A stretch of DNA of 64,000 bases from Lama guanicoe (Eukaryota), in NCBI GenBank assembly GCA_013239625.1, contig MU053216.1:374001-438000 (forward strand), read 5' to 3'. Position 1 is the first letter of the stretch. Each line of letters starts with the position of its first letter. The notes below the pieces were generated by a model. That model ran no database searches. It was not told the origin of the DNA and saw only the letters and a program-made list of their open reading frames with translations. The translations under genes and the position numbers were made by a program. Below are positions 36,412 through 47,253 of this stretch, one piece after another.

Positions 36412-39400
36412 CTGAGGGGGACCAGAAACCGGCTCGGGCCCTGGTCTTGGTGTGAGCCAAGCCTCACTTTTCTCCAAATGCCTGCCCGCCGAGACGTCAT
36501 CCCGCCCAACACAGTCTGCTGGGCACGGCATCCTGGCGGCCCCAGGGTAAATGTGGTCAGCTCCCTATTATCCACATGTGGCTTATCTGCGGTGAGACCC
36601 TTTACACCTGAGCCTTGCTCTTCCTGTGTCCCCCCCAGGCAGCCCTCGAGCTCAGCATGGCCTAGAGTCAGGGTGGAGGCTTGGGGGCAGGGGTCACGTG
36701 CATCTCCACACTGGCCGCCCACCGCTGTGACTCCGTGTCCAGCTGGGAAAACCAGGCACTAAGAGGGAAGACTTCCTGAGACAGATGGTGAGCTGGAGGT
36801 GGACTGGGGATGGTGCAGATGGTCGAGCATCTGGGGGTGCTGGACTCGGGAAAGGCAGGGTGAGCAGGAGAAATGCTGTCCTCAAAGAGCTGCAGGGGGG
36901 CAGGCATGAAGAGCCACACCCCTGTGTGCAGACTGTCCTGGAGGCTAGAACCAGGGTCAGCCGATGGATGGGAGGAGGAGGCTAATCACAACCTACTCGG
37001 GAAGTCCTGGTTCTCACGTCACGATCGTGCTCCCAGCACAAGAACCGTCCATCAAGGAGGTGGCTAGAGGTCCATGTGTGCTGAGTGTGGTGCCCGCCAT
37101 GTGCTGAGGGCTGGGCGCACACGGAGGAGTGAGGGGCGGGTGTGGGGCATGAGATGCAGCCCTGCTCTCAGGGAGCCGTGGGGACGAATGAGGCCGGGAG
37201 TCCCCACTAGTGGGTTTGCTCGGCAGCAGGATAAAGATTCCTGCATTCATCCTCCAGGCGCCGCGCCCAGCGAGCCCTCTTCCTCAAGGTCTCATGAACC
37301 CTCCGGCCTCTGTGGGAGGCAGGCACCCCTTGGGCACCCCTTGACAGGTGAGGAAACTGGGGCTCCTTAAAGTTAAGGCCTTGCCCTGGGCCCCACAGCA
37401 GTGAGCGACAGGGCAGAATTCACACCCAGCCTCTGGCCACAGAGCCTGGCTGTGCAACCGTGACGCTTTCCCAGGTGAGGGGCTGATTTGGGGGGGGCCG
37501 CGGGGAGGCAGTGGGGGGAGCTTTGCAGATGCCAGAGCTGTGCAGAGTTCCTGCTGTGAGAAAGGGCACTGCTACGCTGAGTCTAAGTCTAGGCGCTGCC
37601 ATTCTGTTAGTCTGAGAAAGTAGGATTAGAAAGAATCTCTGTAACATGTTTGTATCAAATGGGTTTTTTCTTATTCACTCTTGCTCTGTTTCTTAAACCA
37701 CCCTGGGGCGGGGGGAGGGGGTGGACATCTCAGGAAGCAGTAAATTCTATAGGAATCTTGAAATAAAAAATGATCATTGAAACCATTTTATAGCTTATAA
37801 AGACAGAACTCTTTCACAGTGATAATTCATCATTGGAAGACTTTTTTAAGAATGAGAACTTGGTTTCTCAAGTCGCACTGGGAAAGGCGGGGCAGGATTG
37901 CTTCTGCTGGAAGGGGCGCCTGCACACGGCACAGGGTCAGGAGCTGTGCCCCGCGGTGCAGGCCGGGCAGGCGAGGCCACACTCGTCCCCCCTGTTGGCT
38001 CACTCACTTCCTGTGTGGAGCCTTCCTCCCACCTGAAGCGTCAACACTTGATTTGGGAATTTTCCCAGGAGGCAGGACGGCTCCGTGGAGCTGCCCAGGG
38101 GTGGGCAGGAGGCCTGGGCGTGCCCACCGCCTGGTGCTTCATCCTCTCTGCCGCCATGCTCTGCCCACCCCTGCTCTCCAGAACCAGGCTCAGCAATGCT
38201 TTGAAGTCAGAATGCGTGAATGAAATGCAAGAGGTGGAACCCATGGGCTCCATCTGAGGCTGGAAAGTCAGCCGCGGTGTTAAGTAACCACCCTTCAAAG
38301 GAGGAGGAAGTGGGATCTGGCTGCCAGCCAGGCCCTGGCCCCGTCCCCGGGCAATTAGCTGCCCCAGGAAGTGGGGGCCCTGCCAGCTCCCGTTTCCGGT
38401 GGCAGGCAGCCTGCAACCCCGACGCCCCGTGGCTCCCTAAGACGTAAGCCTGGTGGAAACTTTCCCCTTGAGGAAGGAAGTTTCCATTCCTTCTTCCAGC
38501 TTCTGGAGAGGAAAGAGCAGGCGACTGGGAGTGTCCCGGGCACAGCGCCTGCAGCCCAGGGTGCCCGCGGGGCCTCACCCCTCTCTGGAGGGGATCTGGC
38601 TCACCTCAGCACCGCCCAATGCCGGCCTCCTGGACGCCCGGCTACCCCTCTGGCATGCGGACAAGCGAGGGCACCCAGCCCTCAGCAGTGACCGTGGACA
38701 GGGCGCACACGCTCCCCTCTGAGGATCCCAGCCCGGGAGACGTGAATGTCCCACTCGCTTCTCAGACGAGGAGAGGGACCCGTGGACGGTCTAGTCCAGG
38801 TGGAGCCCAGGTCTGTCCGTACCGCCGTGAGTGTTCCCCGTACACATTTGGGGCTCGATTTTCTGTTCATCTTCTCCACAGATGTATTGGAGAGGGAGTC
38901 AGAGACTGAGACAGACGCCGGGGTCGGCCCCCGCCCCCCAGGCTCGGCACCACCAGGCAAGGCGCGGAAGCCCGTCTCTCTCCCTCCGTCTGAGACCAGC
39001 AGGGAGAGGGTCCCTCAGAAGCCCCTAGGCCACCTGTCTCCAGCCTTTGTGCCTCTGCCCCTCTCCTCCTGAGCAGGCGCCCACGTGGCCCAAGACGGCA
39101 GTGCTGTGCTGGCCCGGCGCGCCTGGGGCCTCTGGAGTCTCCGGGAGACTCACCAGGTGGCTGCAGGGGCAGCGGTGACCCCTGTGCTGCTCAGCCAACG
39201 CTGGGCAGGGCGTGAGGGGGCTTTTCTGGAAGCAGGTTAGTGTAACTGATGTAGTCCAACCCTGAGTAGAAAATGGCTGTGTCCTCTATGCCCACCCATG
39301 CCACGTGGCAGGGCCCGCGTGGTGAGGAGGGTCTGCGTGGTGGGGCCCGTGGGGCAGGGGCTGTGAGCCACGAGGGTCCAGCTGGCACACAAGACGTGGC

Positions 39401-39563
39401 GTGGGCAGCCTCGGGACTCTGCCTTCCAGATGGGCACTGCCGCTTCCTCCCCAGCCTGGGAGACAGGTGCAAACAGGGGCAATTCCCTCCCCTCTGCAGC
39501 TGCTGTGGCTCCCCCCTGGGGTCCCTCTATCCTCTCCCTCCCGACCCCTCCTTGGTCACTCAC

Positions 39564-39721
39564 AGTGGCTCTCGGGTCGTCCAGCAAGGAGGCCCAGGGG
39601 CCTCTTCGGAGCCTCCCAGTCCTCAGGCTGGAAGTCCTGGGGCTCCCACTGCTCAGAGGCCTTGACGCCGGCACAGACGCCATAGGTACAGCACTGGTAG
39701 GCATAGGGCACCTCCAGGGTC
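39564..39721 (-). CDS. LGR6: LGR6 exon 16 (LRR C-cap / hinge)
   Basis: [59 protein letters not shown] is the LGR4/5/6 signature; 158 nt. Confidence 0.96.
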
Positions 39722-40248
39722 CTGGGGGATGGGGTGAGACGGCTGCCTCGGGGATGTTGAGGGCCCGGCCCCCGCACCCACCCTCCGGCCCCAAGGCGCC
39801 CTGATGACGGTGTGGGCAGCCTCCCAGGCTTCCTTCCCACGGGCCTGGCGGCTGGCTCCGGCCTCCTCCCTCATCTGAGAACTGAGATGGCAGGTGCATG
39901 GACCCTCTGAGACCCCAGCAGGCTCAGAGTGGGGAGCAGCTCATTCACGGTCACACAGCACCCAGTGCTCTGACCCCCGCCCCACCCCGGGCAGCAGCTC
40001 CCAGTTCACGTCTAAGGAGGCAGGGCTTCTGCTGGCGACTCTTCACCTTTGCCCCGGTGAGACACGGCCCTGTGCCCGCCCCACCCTGGGCACGTGGGAG
40101 CTGGGTTCGGTGCCCGTGGTTCAGGCCGGGTCCTCAGCAGGTGGAGTAGGTACCCACAGGCTGCAGGAAGCCAGGGGCAGGAGGCCTGCGGGGCAGGAGG
40201 TGGGAGCGGGGCAGGAGGCCGGGGGTTGGGGGGCAGGAGGCTGAGGGT

Positions 40249-40315
40249 NNNNNNNNNNNNNNNNNNNNNNNNNNNNNNNNNNNNNNNNNNNNNNNNNNNN
40301 NNNNNNNNNNNNNNN
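40249..40315. other. Assembly gap (67 N) within a G-rich GGGGCAGGAGG repeat, LGR6 intron 15
   Basis: Run of N; left flank 40160-40248 has several GGGGCAGGAGG units. Confidence 0.98.
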
Positions 40316-40637
40316 TGGCAGGAAGCCGGGGAGGGGGCTCTGGCTCCAGGACTGGCCACACAGTTGCTTCCTGCCAATCAGCCTGGGCTCAGCCCTGGAC
40401 GCTGCCCCAGTGGGCATGGGGCCTTCCCATCATCTGACCTCTGTCTTCAAAGGGGTCCAGGGTCCCCCCAGGGCTGGGGTTGTGCCAGGGACATGCTACT
40501 GAGGAGATGAGGGGAAGGGGAGCCCTTCCCCCCAGTCTCGGCCAGACTCTGGGCCACCAGAATTTCTCCTGTCCCTCCCTGGCTGGGCCAGCTGCCCTGG
40601 GGTGGGCCTCTGTAGGTGTGGGGATGGGTAACCTCAC

Positions 40638-40763
40638 CTCAGTTTGGGGAAACTGTCCTTGGAGAAGGCCTGGGACAGAGCCGGGTTCCCTTTGAGCTTC
40701 AGGTGCACCAGGCCCCCGAGTCCAGCCAGGGGGAGTGTGGTCAGCTGGTTGTCCGTCAGGTCC
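40638..40763 (-). CDS. LGR6: LGR6 exon 15 (LRR)
   Basis: [41 protein letters not shown](R); 126 nt, phase 2-2. Confidence 0.96.
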
Positions 40764-42060
40764 CTAGGACGACAGATGGTCAGGGTTAGTGATGGTCAGT
40801 GGGGTTGCTGGGAACAGGGCTGTCCTGAAGAGAGGAGGGAAGGACAGAGGACCAGCAGAGAGGAGCAGGGACGCTGGGGAGGAGGCAGCCAGGGCGACCA
40901 GAGGCACCATCCCAACCCCTCTGTTCACCTGCCAGATTCCAGGTGCTGACTGCACGCCGGGGCCGTTCAAGGTACCGCCAAGCCAGCCCAGGTCCCAGCT
41001 CATGGGTAACATAGCCCCGAGACCACAGCCGCCATCCCAGTCCACATCCCGTCTGTGTCCCGGTCCCCCAACCAGGGCCTCTGCCTGCTGTGTGCTCCCC
41101 CCTCCTGCCCTTCTGATGACACAGAGGACACAGTTGGGGACTGGCCACATGTGGGACTTTGGTCACCTGTTCCATTTCAGGGCCGGCATCATGGCCAGAG
41201 GTGAGGATGTGCCCAGCCTCCCACCAGAGAAGCAATAGAGGAAGCTGGGGCTCCAGACCAAACACCAGGACCACAGACTGGGCATCACAGAAGAGCCTGG
41301 GCTGGACAGCAAGAGGCCTGGCACCGTCGCCAGCTCCCATGTCACCGAGGGAGTCACAAGCCTGCCTGAGCCTCAGCATCTTCATCTTTCAAAGGGACAG
41401 AAATGCCCACCCGACCTATCGACAGGTGGAGAGCAGACAGGGGTGGGACGATGGAGGTAGGAGCTGCGCGAGACCACAGGGGGTCTGCTGCCTCACCTGC
41501 GACGTGAGGGGTGGGGCCGCCTGGTCCCTGTGGCCAGGCTGGCGCCAGTCAGAAAGGGCCCTGCCTGCTAGACGTGCCTCTAGGACGCTTGGGGAGGCCA
41601 CCCTTCACTCAGTGAAGAAGCTCACCGTCAGGGGCCCTTCCAGCTCCAACCTGGTGACCGCGCCGTGGGCCTGACACACTCTCTGCTACGTCCTGTGTGA
41701 CTCTGGGGACCCATGATGCTGCCCTACAGAATGGCAGCCCCTGGGGTGATGCTCACGCAGGGGCCCGCTGAGCCCCCGCCCCCACATCTGCAGCCACCCC
41801 ATCCCCACCCGGCCAGTGGTGCTGGGGGCTGAGGCTGTGCGGGGACGCTGTGGGGCTTGCAGGAGGCAGGCTCTCCATTTATCGGGCCCCACAGTCGGTC
41901 AGATGGGCTGGGAATGACTGGTTGGCCAGAGCCCATGCCCCAGGACATGCAGTAACAGGTGTGCATGTCCCGCCCCGGGCTAGGCCCTCCTGCCCCCACG
42001 GGCCAGCCCACAGTCCCGGCTGGCCTCAGCACCCAGGAGGAGAGGGCAGCGGGCACTCAC

Positions 42061-42132
42061 AGCTTGACCAGGGAGCGCAGGGTCGCAAAGGCCTCAGGGT
42101 GAATGGACCGGATGGCATTCCAGCTCAGGTCC
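42061..42132 (-). CDS. LGR6: LGR6 exon 14 (LRR)
   Basis: [23 protein letters not shown](L); 72 nt, phase 2-2. Confidence 0.96.
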
Positions 42133-42492
42133 CTATGGGCAGAGAGGATGGACAGGAGGGGACAGTGATGTCCCAGGTTCCCCCTCATCTGCCCCCACCT
42201 GAGCCACCCCTGGAGCAGGACCCTCAGCCTTGAAGGAAGGGGAGGCACCCGCTGGCCAGCTCCCGACTTGGCTGTGGCCCCCGAAAGGGGGCCTGGCCTC
42301 AGAGCTGCATGGCCCCCTTCTGCCAGCAGCAGGAGAAGTGGCCCGAGAAGCCGTGTGGTGGGGAGGCAGTTCCTCCCACGTGCACAGGGGTCAGGGGTGC
42401 AGAGCCTGCATGCAGGCCACCAACCCCTGGGTGCTGGGGGTCCTCACGGGGTACGGCCAGGCAGGGAGGGGAGGCCTACCCCCGGCACTCAC

Positions 42493-42564
42493 AGGGCACG
42501 CAGGGAGGTCAGCTGGCTGAAGGTGTCGGCTCCAATCTCCCAGAGGCGGTTGTGCCGGAGGCCA
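42493..42564 (-). CDS. LGR6: LGR6 exon 13 (LRR)
   Basis: GLRHNRLWEIGADTFSQLTSLRA(L); 72 nt. Confidence 0.96.
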
Positions 42565-43354
42565 CTAGGGCAGCAAGAGAGGCTGGATGAGCCCACAGGC
42601 CCAGACCCCTCCGTACTGGGAGGAGGAGAGGAGAGGCCCCCACTCCTCCTGGCGTGGGAAGAGCCCAGCCCGAGGAAGTCTTCAGAGTCAAACAGAGCCC
42701 AGGGATCGGGTGGCTTGGGGAAATGGGTCTGCAGACGAAGCCACGAAGCCACAAAGCCGTCCCTGTGGCCCCAGAAGGGGTCAGTTTCCAGGGTTCCCAC
42801 CGGGCCTGGCTCCCAGCCCAGCTGACCTCACCCTCAGACCCTAGCCCGGCAGCAGGCCACGGCCCAGCCCCCGGTGGCCCAGGCTGGGAAGCAGAGCTCA
42901 GTGGACTGGCGTCTGAGTGAAAGGCGGACCCTGGGCCTCGGCAACAGTGAAGGCCCTCCTTCCTCCGGCACCGAGACAAGCAGGACAGGCCCCCGCCTCT
43001 CCCCTGCGCTGCCCGGGAACAGGGCACAGACACAGAGGGCAGGAGGCCCTGGTGAGCGAAGCCTAGGGAATTTGTGAAGAGCTCCAGGTCCCTGCTGAAG
43101 CTTCCGTTCAGGCCCCACCCACCCTGGGTATGCGTGCACGTGCGTGTTTATGGGAAACCGCACCTCTGGCCCCGAGGCCACCCCGTGCCCAGCCCACCTG
43201 CCCCAAGCCACTGCCCATCGTGTGCTGCGCTGACCCCCGAGGAGCCACCTTCTGGGCACCGGCTCCTGGACTGTCATCTGTGACATCCCTCCTAATCTCG
43301 GGGCTCAGCGAACCCGGGGACGGAGGGAGAGAGGTCGACCGCGCCCAGACTCAC

Positions 43355-43420
43355 ACTTCCTCCAGCCTCCGACACCCGCGCAGGCTGGGCAGCTCCTGTA
43401 TCTGATTGTGGGACAGCTCC
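43355..43420 (-). CDS. LGR6: LGR6 exon 12 (LRR)
   Basis: ELSHNQIQELPSLRGCRRLEE(V); 66 nt. Confidence 0.95.
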
Positions 43421-44240
43421 CTGGGGAGAGGGAGACCAGGCCAGGGTGAGCTGGGGTCCCTGGACCCGGCTGCGGACACGCCTCAGCCAGGGAACGTTTC
43501 CTCAGTGGACCCCCTTCAGCCTCCGCCCACCCCAGGTGCCTCCCCACTGCAGGGCCCTGGGAGGTCCTGGGGGCGGGGAGCAGGAAGCGAGGGGCGTGCA
43601 GGCGAGGAACGGCCCCAGAGGGGACACACACGTCAGGACGATGAGCCGGGCCCCCAGGGTCACCTGGCCCAGACCCTCGTCAGACTGAGGCACACAGAGA
43701 GGGCAGGGCCTGCCCAGGGACACGCTGCCTGTCAGTGGCACGGCCAGCCCAGAGCTCCATCCCTGGACACACCTGGCGCCGGCCCGTGTTGGGCGCCCCG
43801 TCTTGCCGTGGGCTGTGGTGCGTGGTGAGCAGCCTCAGTGTCCAGGCAGACTTGGGGGGAGGCTGCTGCCTGACGGCACAAGACACGCAGATGCCTCCGC
43901 GGCCCCAGCAGGCCAGACCTCCCAGGTAGGCTTGGGTGCCTTACCGGAGCCCCTTTCGGAGGGCCCACTGTGTGCTGGGTGCTTTACATGTATTCTTTCA
44001 ACCCTCATAAACGTATCACAGACAAAACAGCTGAAGCTGCGAGACACTGAAGCGTGAGCCCGGGTGCCAACGCCAGTGAGCGGCAGAGCTGGGCTCCAAC
44101 CCCAGCCCGACCCAGGAGACCACATCCTTTTCCCTGAACGAGAGACGAGGGCCCAAGCTGTCCACCCTCCAGGAAGGGTGACCAAGGGGCCAGAGGTGGG
44201 AAGGGCCCAGCCCAGACTGGAGGATGCGTGGGGAACTCAC

Positions 44241-44312
44241 AGGACTCGGAGCCTGGGCAGCTGCTGGCACACCCCCAGGGGGAGCTGCTGGATGCCCGCA
44301 TGGGTCAGAGTC
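44241..44312 (-). CDS. LGR6: LGR6 exon 11 (LRR)
   Basis: TLTHAGIQQLPLGVCQQLPRLRV(L); 72 nt. Confidence 0.95.
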
Positions 44313-44920
44313 CTGCAGGGAGAATGGAGGCGGAGCTGTGCCAGGCCCAGGCCCAGGCCCAGCTGTCCCTCTGCTGGGGCCTGACGCTGACCTGGGAGCT
44401 GACCAAAGAGAGGTGGGGGGCCAGGGCGGGGTGGGGTGAGGAGAGAAGGCGCCTCCCTGGGACCAGCGTAGGTGCGGGTTGGGCAGACTAGGGGCACAGC
44501 TGGGGCTCTGCCTGGCAGATGGTCCTGCAGGCAGCCCCTTCCTGACCCCATCAGGTCCCTCCCATGTCTCCCAGTGTCTCCAGCCACACAGGGCCCAGAT
44601 TCTTCTCTGCTCCCCACAGAGAGGAGGGGTGGCCACGGACGGGGAGTGGACAGAAAAACCATCACCAAGGGAGCTGTGGGAAGCAAGCCGAAAGCTTGCT
44701 CCCTGTGCCTGGGGGCGCGGTGCGGGTGAGCAGGCTGTGGGCAGGTTGGACAGCAGCCGGCCTTAGGGACAGGGTGTCCCAGGAGAGCCCCAAGGCCAAG
44801 GTCGTCCTGGGGGAACTGTTACTTCCCTCATAGAAAATTTTTCAGATGCTCGCGAGTCCACTGGGGCAGACAATAGGGGCACAAAGGGAGCTCCAGTCCC
44901 CGCGGCCCAGCGAGGTGGGG

Positions 44921-45451
44921 ACACAGCCGACGCTCACTCTGGGCATTTGCACGGCTGTCCTGCCCATCTTCTCAAAGTGTTCTGAGGGCCTACTGTGCTC
45001 GGACGCCCTCCCCTGCTCTACCAGACAGAAAGTGGAAACTGCGAGAAAGTCTTTGTTGGAATCCAGCTTCAGAGCAGAGAAGGAGGTGGGTGTCACAGAC
45101 TCCCGCCCCTCGAGGGTCCTCAGTGCACCACGGCTTGGGGTGGGGAGCTCTGAGGTCATGCCTGAGAAGTCCAAGGATGGAACACAGCCGACCTCCTGAC
45201 GCTCACTCTGGGCATTTGCACGGCTGTCCTGCCCATCTTCTCAAAGTGTTCTGAGGGCCTACTGTGCTCGGACGCCCTCCCCTGCTCTACCAGACAGAAA
45301 GTGGAAACTGCGAGAAAGTCTTTGTTGGAATCCAGCTTCAGAGCAGAGAAGGAGGTGGGTGTCACAGACTCCCGCCCCTCGAGGGTCCTCAGTGCACCAC
45401 GGCTTGGGGTGGGGAGCTCTGAGGTCATGCCTGAGAAGTCCAAGGATGGAA
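44921..45451. repeat. Tandem duplication, two copies of about 261 and 269 bp, LGR6 intron 10
   Basis: 44929-45182 reads identical to 45198-45451; the copies differ only by an 8-bp indel near the start. Confidence 0.95.
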
Positions 45452-45652
45452 AAGCAGGGAGGACCAGCATCCTCACCCCTGAACCACTGGCCACTCCGGC
45501 CTGGCCTGTAGCAGAGCCAGGTCAGGAGGCGGCTGTAGGCCCCTGGGGCCAGGCTGGAGCCAACAGCAAAAGGCCCGGTGTGGGGAGCAGAGAGTCTAGG
45601 GCTCCCGAGGGCAACGGGGCCAGACGAGATGGGGGCAAGAGTGTCCACTCAC

Positions 45653-45721
45653 AGGATCTCCAGGCTGGTGGTGCCTTTGAGATCCGGGAACTCCTGGATG
45701 TTCGTGGCGCCATTCAGGGAC
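45653..45721 (-). CDS. LGR6: LGR6 exon 10 (LRR)
   Basis: [22 protein letters not shown](L); 69 nt. Confidence 0.96.
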
Positions 45722-46596
45722 CTGGAAACGAAGACACAGAGCTCAGAGGGTGGGGTCAGCCCTGGGGACCTCCCTGCAGGGACTCCACTCCTGGGGAACG
45801 CCATCCTCCCCCACCTCCCTCCAGTGACCCAGCTGCTCAGGCCCAGCTCCACACTGCCATTTCCCTAAGCCAGTTCTGCCAAGCCCGGCAGACCCCGGGG
45901 GCCCCAAACACGGGCAAGACCGTGGGGATTGCCCCTTTAAAAGGCAGCGGCTTGAGGGCTTCTGAAAAAGTGTTTGGTTGCCCAGCTGCTCCTCAGAGAG
46001 CGGGTCTCCCCTGAACGGTCCGCTCAGGGATTCCCTGCAGGTTCTCTGGGACTGACGGCTCCTCCCTTCCGGCCGCGCCGTCTCGGTGGGACCACAAGGC
46101 CTGCGCACGGCAGGAGCCCACCCCGCGGGTGAGGGGTCCTGGTCCCTGCCCTGCAGGAGAGCCTTGGCCGCACCCACGCGGTGCAGGGCGGAGCACGTGA
46201 GAGCGGGAGGAGCCCTGACGTCTCAGCCGCGCCAGTGCTGCCGAGGGCGGGGTGTCGCCCGGGGGGGGGTCTTCTGGAGACGTGGCACTTGGAGTGGGAA
46301 TTAAAACCGTTGGAGAGAGGAGACCAGGGATCCTTCGGGCTGAAGGGAAGGCCCATCATGCAGCAAGGGCCTCAGGGTCAGGCTCGGGGTCCCCGGAGAA
46401 GCCATGCTGGCTGTGGACCTTCAGCCGCGTGACTCAGAGGCTCTGGGGTCTGATGTCGGGGAGGCCAGTGAGCCCAGGCAGGCCCAGGACTAGGCCTGGG
46501 CCACGCGGAGGCTTGCGGCCCTGAGACTGCGGTCCGGGGTCCGCAGGGAGGAGGTGGGAGGCAGCGGGAAGGGCTGGGGCAGAGGTGCTGACGTAC

Positions 46597-46668
46597 AGCG
46601 TGTGCAGTCTGGGCAGGTACCGGAATGCCGACCTCCCCACGAACTGGATTGGGTTATCGTAAAAATGT
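46597..46668 (-). CDS. LGR6: LGR6 exon 9 (LRR)
   Basis: [23 protein letters not shown](L); 72 nt; donor GTACGT. Confidence 0.96.
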
Positions 46669-46835
46669 CTGGAAGAAAGAGGCCGAATTCCTTCATTCAA
46701 GTCTCCCTGCTAGGACCAAGGCAGGTCCCTGCTCTTCCCCCACCGTGGACACCAGGGAAGAGCTGTGGGGGAGTCCCCCAAGTCCTACCTCCCAACACTG
46801 TCCTCCCCCCAGACACTGCCAGAAGAGGGACTCAC

Positions 46836-46907
46836 ATCGTCTGTAGCAGAGGGTTCCCCAGGAAGGCCTCCTCTGGGATAGCTCTGATGTTGTTGTCATG
46901 GAAACCC
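46836..46907 (-). CDS. LGR6: LGR6 exon 8 (LRR)
   Basis: GFHDNNIRAIPEEAFLGNPLLQT(I); 72 nt. Confidence 0.96.
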
Positions 46908-47184
46908 CTGGAAGGCAACACATGGATCAGGAGGAGGTGGAGGGCGGTTGGGCAGGACAGACGCGGGATGATGGATGCTCTCCAACAGCCAAGCAAAGGG
47001 CCGTGGGACCACAGGGATGCCAGCCTGGACACTCCAGGGTCCAACCCTGCCTGTGACTTTCCTCATTTGCTCAGCCACGTGGGAAGGAGAGAGGGTGAGC
47101 CTTGGGGAGGGCGGGGTGAGGCCGTGGGAGGCCCAGGCTGCCCTTGGGCACAGAGGACGCCCCAGAACCGCACGGGGAGCTTAC

Positions 47185-47253
47185 AGTTCCTGCAGCCTGC
47201 CCAGCGTCCGGATGGCCACAGGAAACTCCCACAGCTTGTTGTAATTCAGGTCT
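47185..47253 (-). CDS. LGR6: LGR6 exon 7 (LRR)
   Basis: DLNYNKLWEFPVAIRTLGRLQE(L); 69 nt; donor GTAAGC. Confidence 0.96.

Noticed and set aside
44842..46014. Pairs of ORFs with identical peptides
   Set aside because: A by-product of the intronic tandem duplication.
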